Notes: generated by a model from the sequence alone, not told the origin. A stretch of DNA of 61,514 nt, filler included, from Squatina squatina (GCA_031763465.1; 3 parts of 3 records of this genome joined end to end with filler, not necessarily neighbours in it), one strand, 5' to 3'. Positions 10,986 through 23,531 are shown, counted from the first letter of the whole stretch. Program-made: numbers and translations.

Positions 10986-12861
10986 ATCTGGTAAGCTTTA
11001 ACCCTCACCGGCTGCAAGGGAATCTGACTGAGTGGATCACCCGGTTGTTGTCCCATTCAAATGGAAATTGGGTGAGTTCTACAACGGTGAACAGTCTGTT
11101 CCTTCAGGTCACTGCCCAGATGGTGAGGAAGAAAATCACCTCCTGAGTGCAAAACAATGGGCTCGATAGATGGAGACAGGAACTGAATGAGGCTGGAGTG
11201 TGGGTTTGGGCGGGGGAGGGGGAATAGTGGGCGACAAACGCGCAAGATCGTGGGCACATTGGAATGTCTGATTGCAAGAGAGATTCCTCATTTTCAGTTT
11301 ATTTCAGGGTTTTGTGTCTCCTGCACATGAGTGAGCATGAGAAGGACCCCCGTGATGCAATTTCATCTTGACTATTTANNNNNNNNNNNNNNNNNNNNNN
11401 NNNNNNNNNNNNNNNNNNNNNNNNNNNNNNNNNNNNNNNNNNNNNNNNNNNNNNNNNNNNNNNNNNNNNNNNNNNNNNTACTTTTTTTCTAATTCTCTGG
11501 TTGTCGTCTTATCCCTGCAGTCTCCTGGGAGGAAAATTAATGGTCCATGGACTTCTGTGGGGCTAATGCTGTGGATACTTATAATGGAGAAAGAGGATCA
11601 GTATTTTTTCTATGCCCTACCAGTCAGATCTAGGCTTATGACAACAGGAGTCCACCCAGAATATTCCAAAGTCTAACATTAGCTTCATGGAGCCAATGCA
11701 GTGAAATAGAGTAAAATAATGGTGCTGTAGCCTTGCTGATGTTCACCATTCATTTTAGATATGATACAATGTGGTGTGAGTAAATGTACATCTAATGATA
11801 GAACATCAATCCAATCTACATTTTTAATATATTGACAGGCTGCCCACTTTGGCCAGCTTGGCTGCTTTCTAATTGGAATTAAGCATCTAAATCCCAACTT
11901 TGGTATCCATTTTGGACCCTTGTAACATTACACCATTTTCCAAAACCTGAAAAACTTGCTGCCATAGAGGAGGAGTAGATAGAATGTCATAAAATGGGAG
12001 GGGCTTGTTCTATCCTAAATTGAAAATTTGTATGAAAACTCTTGTATTACCAGGTAGTTGGACATCACACCAACAGTAGGTCATTTTCAAAGGTGTTCTC
12101 ACTGGAAACTAACTGCCCAGACTCAATAAATGAGGACCACCTATAACCAATCAACTAACTTGACTGAATAAATATTTGAGATAATGGACAACCTAAGTGG
12201 ATCTTTTCACTCAGTTCTATAGTGGACAAGCTGCTCTTGAAAAAAAAGCCATCCCAAAGTAAACAATCACTTGAGGAAACATGAGTAAATAGATCAATAG
12301 CTCGTAAGATAGTCTGACTGATCACTGGTAGCAAACAGAAGTCCTTAGATAGCCTACTATCTTAGTATTTACTCAAAAGACCTTAGATCTCTAAAATAAT
12401 TACACTACTGCATCTGCCCATTGGGGCTGGTCATTGTGTTCTATTTTTTTACCTTCAGAATGTTCATTAAAAAGACCTGTTTCCATCTTCTGGGATTCCC
12501 TTTCAGATCTCGAGTAAAGATTTGTTACATTTAAATGTTGGATAGCAGAGCTTAAGATCCATTTTGTTCTTTCAGACACAGCTTATTTGTGTGTTGGAAA
12601 CCCATCCCTTGAAAGTTTCCCAATGCTATAAGGAATTTATGCTCCTATTTTTGTCCTTCTTTGCGATCAGGCCCCAATTTAAACTGTGAAGATTTGGGCA
12701 ACATTGGTTCTTTCCTATATAAGTATTTAAAGGGCATTGTCGCCAGAGTAAGATTAATCCATGGACTCAAAGATGAGCCTTGGCTTAAGATCTTGATCTT
12801 CTACATGTAGTAAGATAGTTCAGTTCAGGACCATCACCAATTTTCAGGGAAGCCTCTTCCT

Positions 12862-13166
12862 CTATTTACAAGTATGAACATTGTAGATGCGTGTGCACTC
12901 TTGGCAGCTCACGTGACAGCACCAGTGGAAGATGCATTGACACTTCTCCCTGCGTTTCTCAGTCCTTGTATCATGTCCACGGCCGCAGCATAGTAACTCA
13001 CAACCATCGATTCCGTGCGACGTGATGTTGCACTTTCGGTCCCGCGTGCCGAATGAGCCGGTCTCAGGGTTGGGGTTGCAGAAATTTGGCGAGGAATCAT
13101 AGTAGACCAAATCTCTCTCTGTTGGAGCTTTGAATAAGGCATATTTGGGACTAAGGGTCTCTACCC
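12862..13166 (-). CDS. WNT3A: Wnt-3a last coding exon (3' part; 5' part in gap)
   Basis: [64 protein letters not shown]...[26 protein letters not shown], the Wnt3/3a C-terminus. Confidence 0.92.
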
Positions 13167-13996
13167 NNNNNNNNNNNNNNNNNNNNNNNNNNNNNNNNNN
13201 NNNNNNNNNNNNNNNNNNNNNNNNNNNNNNNNNNNNNNNNNNNNNNNNNNNNNNNNNNNNNNNNNNCACACACGGCCAGCATAGCGGCTGAGCCCTTCCA
13301 CTCTTCATTGTGTGTAGAGTGACAAGGGCGTCCCAAGGGTGGGAACAGCACTGTCAAAATGTCAGCTCGTTCTTTCTTTCGAATGGCTCTCTGGGATCTT
13401 TCTTTTCCACTTATGTGACCAGCACAGGCTCGATGGGCTGAATGGCCTCCTTCTCTGCTGTATCAGCCTCTGATTTAACATCTCACCTGAAGGTTGTCAC
13501 TGCTGGCAACTCAGCACTGGTGCAGTTTCAGCCGAGACGACTTGCTCAAGTACTGGTGCTGGGGCTGGAGTTTGACAAATCACCTTCAGGGTCAGCGAGA
13601 CAGTTCACAAAAGCATTTATTCCTTGGATGTGTTTTTCTGTGGTTTGCCATCTCTGTTTGGAAATTAAATGAAGAGGGTCGGAGCGATGCTCTGGTCTCA
13701 ATCAGACTGGTAGGCTCTGTGACCATTCCTCCTGCTCCTGTATTCTCATCTGTAAACCACTGGCACCTGTCTGAACATCCCTGGCACTGACTTACCTTGG
13801 CACGGTGCTGAGATTACTGCAGCTGCAACTATCTGTACTTGAGTGCTGGCCTGCGTGTGTTGGGATTGTTGCCAGGATTTAGTCCTCCCTGAGATCCCTC
13901 ACCGTGGGTGACGCACATATCCAGTCGGATGGGTTCTTGACCTCCAGCTGCTGCTGGTTGCTCTACTTTCCGGGGATGATGATATAATTCAATTAC

Positions 13997-14238
13997 CCTT
14001 ATCCAACACGGGTCCAAAGATGGCCAAATTATCCTTGACAGTCGTGCAATTCCATCTCCTTCCTCGAAACTGATGCTGGCATTCCTGAATCCCAATTTTC
14101 ACTCCTTCCGCCACACTTGGCATAATCTCCATGTAATTCCGACAAAACCGCAGCTGCTTTGGTACAAGGCCAGGGATACTCCCGCACAGTATGGGCTGAG
14201 TCGCCAGTGTCGAGTACTGATGACCAACCGCCAAGGAC
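13997..14238 (-). CDS. WNT3A: Wnt-3a exon 2 (242 bp)
   Basis: ttgcag|G TCC... reading SLAVGHQYSTLATQPILCGSIPGLVPKQLRFCRNYMEIMPSVAEGVKIGIQECQHQFRGRRWNCTTVKDNLAIFGPVLDK G|gtaatt. AVG, PILC, KIG and TTV favour WNT3A over WNT3. Confidence 0.95.
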
Positions 14239-14434
14239 CTGCAATGAAAGGAATGAAGAGCCTTATTAATCAGAGGTTGCGGGACAGCAGCAGAGAACTT
14301 CCTCAGGATTTCTTTTGTTTAAATGAATGATTTTTTTTTAAAGATGTAATCTACAATGAGAAATATTCAACAGTATGAGCACGGGCCAACATCTGCCCAG
14401 AAAATCAGCATCACCAACTGTGGCACAGATATTC

Positions 14435-14536
14435 GAAAGTAAAAGGAAGAACTTGCATTTATATAGCATCTTTCACAACCTCAGGATGTCCCAAAGCACT
14501 TCACAGCCAATGAATAATTTTAAAGTGCAGTCACTG
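14435..14536 (-). mobile_element. SacSINE1-like 3' tail
   Basis: aagaacttgcatttatatagc...tttcacaacctcaggatgtcccaaagcacttcacagccaatgaa is the reverse of the SINE tail. Confidence 0.8.
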
Positions 14537-15846
14537 NNNNNNNNNNNNNNNNNNNNNNNNNNNNNNNNNNNNNNNNNNNNNNNNNNNNNNNNNNNNNNNN
14601 NNNNNNNNNNNNNNNNNNNNNNNNNNNNNNNNNNNNNNNNNNNNNNNNNAGAGAGGGGAAGGTCAGGTGGGATAGTGAAAACACGGCAGGGGGTGAGATT
14701 GGAAGAAGGGATGGGATCAGGAGAAAGTGAAGGGGAAGAGGGTTCCGGATGGGCGTTGGCGTCTAAGAGTTGCTGAAGCTTGCGATCCTTGACAGGATCC
14801 TCCGTTCAGTCCATAAGCATGATCCCGAACTTCCAGTCGCCTGTCCTCCAATCCTCCAGTACCACTCCTGTGCCAATGTTGAATTATCCATTAATTATGA
14901 AGTTGAATTTAGTGTGAGTCTTTAGATGCAAGAGTTTTCTTGTTTCAGCTTTATTAACCTTGGTGTGAAGAGAAGTTACACAAGCAGGGCACAATCAAGC
15001 GCTCTTCAGATCCAGATACCCTTCAGGTATTGCATCAGGCATCTTTTCAGGTATTCTACTACTAAAACCACACATTGCAACCTATTTACACATTAATGAG
15101 TTCTGCCCATGTCCTTTGTTCTCCCCTATTGTGTCCCTCTTACCACATGACCTCATGTGGTGCTTCCCCTTCAGTAATTTTCCTTCATGGCTGGGCTTGT
15201 CAGTTGGACAGTAGACTCTCATTCTTGGACAGCGACTTCCTGTCTTTTGTACTGCAATTAATCCAATCAACTACAGCCGGACTAACTCTCTTGAATCTTC
15301 TTTCTGCCTTCCATGTTTCAACAGACACCATATAAATATCAAACTGCAGTGATTGAAGAGGATTTTCATTGTTATTTGCAGCCACATTATAACAAGCTGC
15401 TTTCAGTAAAGGTCCAGCTCCCAGCCGTGTTCAAGGCTGTAGTTCGCCCCTGCAAATCTATGTGTTATATGGATATCTGGAAAGGTCTGTGGTCTCAAGT
15501 GAAGGATTATATTTTTTATTTATCTCAGTGTAAAACATGTTCACATATCATTTTCTTTCTGCCTCAGGCATGCTTCCCATCAGTATGTTACACAACTGCC
15601 TTGATTAATAGTTCTTATAATTTCTCAGTAATATTTAGGTACATGACATGTAGCTGTATGGGGAATTGGAAGTTGGAAATACATTTCAGTGCTGGAGATG
15701 ATCTCATTCTTATATACATCTATTATTAAGAATTTTGCAAAAGGTGCACACTTCCTGTTGTCCCAATATTTGGTTGCACATTTCTGTCAACTTTTACCAT
15801 TGTCAAACTTTTCCATTCAATTTTGTGACGATGTCAACTGTCACAA

Positions 15847-15880
15847 TGTAGTTGCAAGATCTGGCCACTAGGTGGCACTG
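15847..15880 (+). promoter_or_regulatory. CTCF site, core plus upstream motif (apparent WNT3A intron 1)
   Basis: tgtagttgc-aagatc-TGGCCACTAGGTGGCACTG: near-consensus core with a TGCAGT-like upstream module. Confidence 0.65.
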
Positions 15881-17657
15881 TGAAGCAAAGTTTTTCTCTC
15901 TCTCAAACCCACCGCCATCTTGTATGTAAAAGAAAATTTATATTCACCAAATGATCATGGGAAATTTACTAGTTCTGCCATTTTTCTTTTAGACATGAGT
16001 CATAGACTCCACCTCCCTCCAGTCCATGACTTGATCATGATATCCCCCCACCAAATGTTTATACATGGTGCACGTGGGTGTGTAAAACAGAACAAGCCCT
16101 CATTCTGTACAAACTCTTGCATCAATACTTTTTTCCAGCTCTCCAAATCAAATTGCACTTGACAACTTGCTTTACACACCCATGCTCTTTGATGCTTAAG
16201 TAGGATTCTTTAGCATTACTGTACTTACCTCTATTCTTTATCTGTGACACTGACAGCTGTATCATCTTTGCCTAGCCACCTGAACTGAATACTTCCCATT
16301 GTTACCATGTGAGTATCTCATTCTCTGCTCCGATCCTTTGTTCAGATTTAATTCAATGTATTTGGGACCAACTCCAAGAGCTTATAAACTCAACAAAAAT
16401 GTTCGACAATGAACAACCATTTAACTCTTTTTTTTCCCCCTCCTTCAACCTTCTCCACTTAATTCCTCATCTTCTAAAGTTGCTGTATGGTAGCGGTGTT
16501 GGTAATGCTCAGTCAAACAGGCCTCTCAGACCCTGGTTTTATAACTGGCCTCAGAACCTTTATGCTAGCTGGTGTAGGAAAAAGTAGCTGGCAATCCAGT
16601 ATCCCCCGGCTCGGAAATATGTATGCGTGCAGATATTGAGCAGTTTAGGTTGGCTGTGATGCCTGTCCTCAGTTGAATAGCTTGGGCTATTTTCTTATTT
16701 TTGGGATGTGGGTGACACTGGCAAGGCAACATTTATTGCCATCACCAGTTGCCCTGGGGGTTNNNNNNNNNNNNNNNNNNNNNNNNNNNNNNNNNNNNNN
16801 NNNNNNNNNNNNNNNNNNNNNNNNNNNNNNNNNNNNNNNNNNNNNNNNNNNNNNNNNNNNNNACGTAAGAATTACTTCAAAATAAGGTTGAATAATTCAC
16901 ACTAAAATAATTAAACTTACCAATAAAATTAATCACTTAATGTTAGAAATCACTGTTAGATGGTTCCTCCGCAGAGGCCTGCCCCTTTTTCTCTGGCCTA
17001 GGGCTTGAGTTCTGCTTCAGTCCCAGAGTTGGAAATTTCACCTGAGCCTTGGGTGCTGGGAATTTCAAGCTTCAGTGGACAACTTCTGTCTGTGAGAGAG
17101 AGATGCATCATGGGAGTTGTTTTCACCCTGCTCGTGTGGAACTACAATACCCAGAGTATACCAGAGAAATGGTGTCACATGAGATAAAATTCACAAATAA
17201 TGGCAAGATGTGAAAGTGTGGGAGGAAATGATGGAAAAATTTCATATTTTTAATTGTTTTATACAGTTTAAATAACAGTTCTTAACTCAAATGTTACTTG
17301 TTGAAAGGGACTGAAGATTGAGGTTGAAAAGAATGTTTTTTGAGGTGCTTTAATGCTGAGGTTTGATATTGTGGCTGACATGAGTCAATCGAGCAAGTCT
17401 TTATCACAAGTTCAAGAATCTGGTCATTGCAGAGGCAAATATCTTCCCGGTTGGAATGGTACACCAAGGACAGTTTTAGCAATTACTGCCAAATACAACT
17501 TGGGGAGTAAAGTACAGCAAAAATNNNNNNNNNNNNNNNNNNNNNNNNNNNNNNNNNNNNNNNNNNNNNNNNNNNNNNNNNNNNNNNNNNNNNNNNNNNN
17601 NNNNNNNNNNNNNNNNNNNNNNNNAAACAGAACGTTGAGAAACTTTTCCCAACTTAC

Positions 17658-17728
17658 CACCAAACTGGGTAACTTGCCATGACTTGCTTTACGTTCAGTA
17701 GAACCAGGTAATATCCAAGCAGCCGCAT
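17658..17728 (-). CDS. WNT3A: Wnt-3a exon 1 coding part (signal peptide, 71 bp)
   Basis: ATG CGG CTG CTT GGA TAT... reads MRLLGYYLVLLNVKQVMASYPVW(W), ending TG|gtaagt. The phase joins exon 2 (TG+G = Trp), giving the conserved SYPxWWSLA. Confidence 0.93.
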
Positions 17729-17729
17729 T

Positions 17730-18060
17730 TCCATAACTAGTCAGCGTTGTAAATCTTCCTCTTTAAATAAAAACCCTTTGGAGCCGAGCTATTTATTCCC
17801 TTTTCGTGATCGTTCAGTAAATCCCATTCAAATTTTTTTTTTTAAAAACCTAGAGTAGCCAGGGATTCGCAAAGCACAGGATACAACAATAGGGACTAAA
17901 TTATACCAGAGAAAGATATTAACCCAAAAAAAAGGAGAGTTGACGAAGGGTGTCCAATCAGGATCCATTGCCACAGGGAGCAGGGCGATTGTACAGTCAG
18001 CAACTGTCAATCAGGAGGAAGCTCGTCACCAGACGACTAGCTGGAAAGAAATATCATAAA
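17730..18060 (-). promoter_or_regulatory. WNT3A 5'UTR / proximal promoter
   Basis: Same contig, directly upstream of the ATG. CCAAT box at 17954-17958 and PBX/MEIS-PREP decamer TGATTGACAG at 18004-18013. Confidence 0.6.
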
Positions 18061-18219
18061 ACACATTACAGCCTGTCCTGGGCTATCACCAGCTGCAACT
18101 GTATTAGAGTAAAATTGGAGGGCTTTGGGGAGTGGGGAAGGGGAGTAGGGAGTTGGGAAGGGGAATGAGCAGAGAGGTGGTGTGAGTGTATGAGAGAGTG
18201 TGTGTAAGCGTAAGTGAGA

Positions 18220-18562
18220 GTGGCCAACGCCTAATCGGCTCTATTATTTCCGACAACCTGGCCCAAAAACGACAGCGGCAACATAAACACTGCCACAGGA
18301 AAATCAATGGCGAAGGACTCAAAGATCCCGCAAAGAAAGTCCACCTCAGCCAACGTCTCACAACCAAGCTGGTGACGCTCAACGAATCGGAGCTACAGAG
18401 TGTCCCAGTGCCTGGTCTGCCCTTAAGTCTACCATAACCAGTACCTGCGAAGAGACTCTTGGTCTCTCTACCAGGAAACATCAAGACTGCTTTGAAGAGA
18501 ACAACCAGGAGATTCAGGAGCTGCTAAACTGCAAATACAAGGCATTCCTGAACTGGAAGCAC
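18220..18562 (+). mobile_element. RTE-clade LINE ORF fragment
   Basis: Frameshifted AWSALKSTITSTCEETLGLSTRKHQDCFEENNQEIQELLNCKYKAFLNWK matches the RTE linker motif RKHQDWFDEN. Confidence 0.75.
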
Positions 18563-18565
18563 CAC

Positions 18566-18740
18566 CATAAGACCATAAGGAATAGGAGTAGGCCATTCGG
18601 CCCCTTGAGCCTGCTCCGCCATTCAATAAGATCATGGCTGATCCAACTTTCTTCAGTCCACTTTCCCGCCCTATCCCCATATCCCGTGATTCCCTTACTG
18701 ATTAAAAATCTATCTATCTCAGCTTTGAATTTATTAAAGG
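18566..18740 (-). mobile_element. CR1 3' terminus abutting the RTE fragment
   Basis: cataagaccataagg 8-bp terminal repeat, then aggagtaggccattcggcccctt...gatcatggctgatc: the reversed CR1 3'UTR. Confidence 0.8.
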
Positions 18741-18840
18741 NNNNNNNNNNNNNNNNNNNNNNNNNNNNNNNNNNNNNNNNNNNNTTAATTAATTAANNNN
18801 NNNNNNNNNNNNNNNNNNNNNNNNNNNNNNNNNNNNNNNN
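18741..18840. other. Synthetic scaffold linker N44-TTAATTAATTAA-N44
   Basis: 12-mer with stop codons in all six frames, centred in exactly 100 bp; identical structure at 40737-40836. Confidence 0.95.
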
Positions 18841-18956
18841 GTGTACGTGGGGTGCAATACCAGTGTACGTGAGGTGTAATACCAGTGTACGAGAGGTGCA
18901 ATACCAGTGTACGTGAGGTGTACTACCAGTGTACATGAGGTGCAGTACCAGTGTAT
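18841..18956. repeat. 22-bp minisatellite (gtgtacgtgaggtgcaatacca), about 5 copies, truncated by the gap
   Basis: Five consecutive 22-mers, each with 1-2 substitutions. Confidence 0.92.
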
Positions 18957-19107
18957 GTGTTGACAGGATGGTTGAATAAGTCACTGATGAGGGCGACCTT
19001 CATTCACAAGTTGGAACATCTTCCTTATTTGAGGAAGGGGTGAAATGTGCATCTGATTGTAATATTCTATGACAAAAAGGTGCCAGACCAGCAGTATTGA
19101 AAGGTCA

Positions 19108-19416
<309 letters not shown>

Positions 19417-19424
19417 TCAATTTT

Positions 19425-19475
19425 TCTTCGCCTTCTTCTTAGGCAGTCCCTCGGGTTCGAGGATGACTTGCTTCC
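19425..19475 (-). mobile_element. RTE LINE 3' terminus with (AAG)n tail
   Basis: ttcttcttaggcagtccctcgggttcgaggatgacttgcttcc is nearly identical to the RTE end at 37718-37762. Confidence 0.8.
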
Positions 19476-19575
19476 NNNNNNNNNNNNNNNNNNNNNNNNN
19501 NNNNNNNNNNNNNNNNNNNNNNNNNNNNNNNNNNNNNNNNNNNNNNNNNNNNNNNNNNNNNNNNNNNNNNNNNNN

Positions 19576-19751
19576 TGACCCCCAGGATGTTGATGGTGGG
19601 GGATTCAGCGATGGTAATGCCGTTGAATATCAAGGGGCAGTGGTTAGACTCTTGCTTGTTGAAGATAGTCATTGCCTGGCACTTTTGTGGAGCAAGTGTT
19701 ACTTGCCACTTATCAGCCCAAACCTGGATGTTGTCCAGGTCTTGCTGCAGG
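19576..19751 (-). mobile_element. CR1/L2-group LINE RT C-terminal fragment
   Basis: LQQDLDNIQVWADKWQVTLAPQKCQAMTIF...PLIFNGITIAESPTINILGV. Confidence 0.85.
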
Positions 19752-22700
19752 AATTAACGATCACTAATCATTAACTAGAGTCTGTGAAGGGGGGGCAATG
19801 GATTAGAAGGAAGTGTATACGTTAAAGGGAGTTGTGGAATCATCTCTCTTTAATTCTACTTGTAGGAGTGTGAAGGAACTGGTGAAGGTGGCTATCCATT
19901 GCCAGGGAAAAGGTACTTACAGCTGAAGATCAACACAATTAGGTGATTGCCAGCTGAGATCAGTCAATCACCATGTGGATGTTAGGATTGGTGGAGGGAA
20001 AATCTGAACTGAAAAGTGAGAAACACACAACTTCACCGAAACAGGAGGGCAAGTGAACTATTTATTGGTCTTTGCCGTTAAAAGTTGTTCCAATTGAGGA
20101 AAAAAAGTCCTTTTGAAGATAATCTGCTTTCCAACATCTTTACACACTCCGACACCAAGTACTACAGGATCCAAACTATAAACGAGCCTGTTGTCCATGA
20201 ACCACTAATCTGAAGTGATAGTCTGATTCGATACACAATATATTTAAATTCCTTAACATTCTGCTTGCACTTCCCGAACTCTCCAATGTCTGTTCCAGCA
20301 ATACTACATACTTGCTAAAAAGAGAGACACTTTTGGGCAGCAAGTTCTCATTAGATAGATCTAATAATCCCTATCTTTTTAAATGATTCCAGTTTTTTTG
20401 CCTACATTACGAAGTCCAAAATTGTGCTGATTAACTCTGGGTGAAAGAACTTCCTTAGTTGTCTTTTGCTACCTTGAACTGGTGTCTCTTTGTGTTACTG
20501 CTTTTACCTTTTCTACATCCAATTACTGTTGTATTTCTCATTTCATTCTTCCACTCCCTCCCCAAATACCAAATGATGCATCCTCCATTATTGCCACCAA
20601 GTGGAGGTTCTATTACAGACCATTCACCACGATCCTGACTAGTTTTCACTGCCCTGGCACTGATTTGGTTTGAGACCAACGCTCTTCTGTGGCTTTCACT
20701 TCTCTCCAAAGTTGGGAAATTGAAACAAAATGGAACAGTCCCTCTACTCGCAAAAATAGCATAAAGTAAACAGTCAAGGCCATAGGAATGACCTCTTCCA
20801 GCCCAGATTAAAGTTATTCTTGGAACATGCTAACTGTTCACAAGCAATTTAAAAGACAAATGGAGGACAGTGTCTTTTTCAATCTTATTGGGGATGGTTC
20901 ATATTGAGTTTTGTACCCAACCTTAAATAAATTGGGCGATTGGAATCTGGGCCAATCTGGTAGACCTTTGCAGCTATAAGTGATCAGTCCAACTGGACTA
21001 TAATAAAGTGCTGGGAGCAGCTATAAATCTAGACTTCCGGAGTCAAGTGGCTGATGGCTTGCGTTTAGGTAAAACCTTATTAAGTGGGAGTACATTTGAG
21101 AAAGTAACTGCCAGGCTGGAGTTTGGAGCCAGTTAAACAGGTCAGTAAAGGTCTCCAACATACTTTGCAAAGAGCTTGGTCTCAGAAGGAGTCCGAGAAG
21201 CGCCCTGGGCAGGAGAGGTTTAACAAATATCATGCACAAGCATGCACACAGAAATGGACAATATAATTCATTAGCTACTTACCACATTCATTGCCTGAAT
21301 TCAAGAAAAGCACATCATTAATGGGGTTTAACACAATTTTCATTCAGTTAATCACAACAGTGAAACCTGCCCAGGTCACCTTGGTTCAACAATTCTGCCT
21401 TGACGAGTGGGTCAAATGAGCTCAATTTGGGCCTGAGCAGCCACCTGCTAACATGGCCACAAGACCGGGTCACAGTAAATGATGTTTGTATCCAGATTAA
21501 ACTGAATCTCTGAATTAGTTTTTGTGCTTGGTTTAGGGTAGCAATTCATGCTCATTTCGATCCAATAAGTATTTACTTAAAAAAGAATGATGCCTCATTA
21601 CTGAAGACTTTGCCTTTTACACCAGTCATTGACTGACTGCTCCTGCCCCCGCTAATCCTTATTCCCGAGTAATCCTTATTCCCGAGTATTCCCATATTTA
21701 GACAATGGGTTGCCAAAGATCTTGGGAACTCTGAGTAATAAGTAATGTCCTGCCTCATAAAGGACAAGGTACCACAGGATGTTGGGCCTCAGTAAGAAGG
21801 AATAATTTTTCTTTTTTTAAATTGCTTTTTAAAGATTCAATGACTGACGAACAAAACCCTTCAAATGTTCTGGCCTATATGCCGTATTAAAAGATGGAGT
21901 TAAGCAGTTTTTTTTATCCTGTAGTGCATTTCGGGGGAGAATGACGTTGCTGTCAACTACTTTTCTTCTATTTAGTTAAAGTGATATTGTGTGTAGTGTT
22001 TTTGCACAAGCTATAAGTAGTCTCATTGTTGGTGCAAGACCTGTAGAAAGATGAAGTGACCCACTGATTCCATCCACAGCACAGAGTTCGGAAGACTTTT
22101 TGACTTCAACTACTGATGTAACCTTTTAAGGAATGACTCCATGTTAAAGGTGAACACTTCTAAGCAGGTTTCACTGGACAGACAAAACAAAATGCAATCA
22201 ATAGTGGTGAGAATTTTTGTTTTATACATGCATTATATACATCTTTGGGAATCCCATTAATTCTATTCAAATTTTTTTTTTTAAAACTAGCCCAGAGTTG
22301 AGTGGAAAATTCAAAGCGGGGAGCTGGTCAGATCAGATAGTAACTGGTCTGAAGTGGAGATTGACTTAATGTTGGAATCACTGTCTCTCCTAACTCACCC
22401 TTGTTTCTTGCTGTTCCATTCTGAGCCTAAGGACTACAATATGCCTAGTACAGTACTTGGTGAAAAGCAACAAGGCGATCTCCCTCAGCTCTTGTGTTCC
22501 TGGTGACCAGTCTTGTGGACCAAAAGTGGACTCTGCTATTCATTCTGAGCCCCTGTTTTGCAGCTAGGAGTCCCACAGACCTACATTTTGATGCTTGCCA
22601 ACAGAACACTGGCGTGCTGGCATTGCTTGCACTACATGTGCTATGCTGGAGATAACTCCTCATACTTGGGTTAAGCAGCCACTTAGCAATATGGAGGTGG

Positions 22701-22909
22701 CAGCTGGTTTTAAAGTAGAATGCTGTAAAAATGCAAATTGTTCTATGTCGTAACTGGAATTGGTTTCATTTTGCACCGGTTAATGCAAATGTGTTAATTG
22801 GACTAATTACAAAATTGATGTCAAATGGTGGAAATTCCAGTGAGAGTGCAGAACTTGCTGTGTAAATGAAACTTTCATTGGGCTTTTGCTTGGTTTAATT
22901 AAAATGAGG

Positions 22910-23130
22910 GAACTTGCATTTATAAGTGGCCTGCATCTCCAACATCTCAAAGCATTGAGCAATTGCTTTTTAAGTACAGGCACTGTTATGTAGGTGAACA
23001 TAGCAACCATTTTATACACATCCCACAAACACATGAATAATCAACATGTCTGTTCAGAAAAGAACAGTTGATGACCAGGAGAACTCCCTGATCTTCAAAT
23101 AACGTTACATGGTGTCCACTGGAACCTCTC
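22910..23130 (-). mobile_element. Decayed SacSINE1-like copy
   Basis: aacttgcatttata...caaagca...ccaggagaactccc...tcttcaaata is collinear with the reversed SINE. Confidence 0.6.
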
Positions 23131-23531
23131 AAACAGCATTTCCCCGACTGCACTGCTCCATTGCCCTGTGTCGTTCTGTCACTCTGGACGTTGGTGTGGG
23201 TGGCCTGGCATTCTCTCTTGAGACTTGTAACATATATTGGACCGGGGGTGTGCAAGCCTTTTGTCTTCGTGGGCCACATAGATTCATACCGTGGAGCCTT
23301 TAGGGCCATATATAAAATGTATATCCCTATATTCCCATTAATCTGCAAGTGTATATTTCAAGTTACTGATAGACTGTTTTGTTCAGATTTCAATTCAACA
23401 GAATACCCAGCCTCTGGCCTGCTTATGTGGCNNNNNNNNNNNNNNNNNNNNNNNNNNNNNNNNNNNNNNNNNNNNNNNNNNNNNNNNNNNNNNNNNNNNN
23501 NNNNNNNNNNNNNNNNNNNNNNNNNNNNNNN

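Noticed and set aside
12862-14238. WNT3 rather than WNT3A
   Set aside because: The 71-bp exon 1 and the exon 2 residues fit WNT3A; the WNT3-like residues in exon 4 also occur in non-mammalian WNT3A as recalled.
18841-18956. CRISPR-like regular repeats
   Set aside because: Head-to-tail 22-mers with no unique spacers in a vertebrate genome; an ordinary minisatellite.
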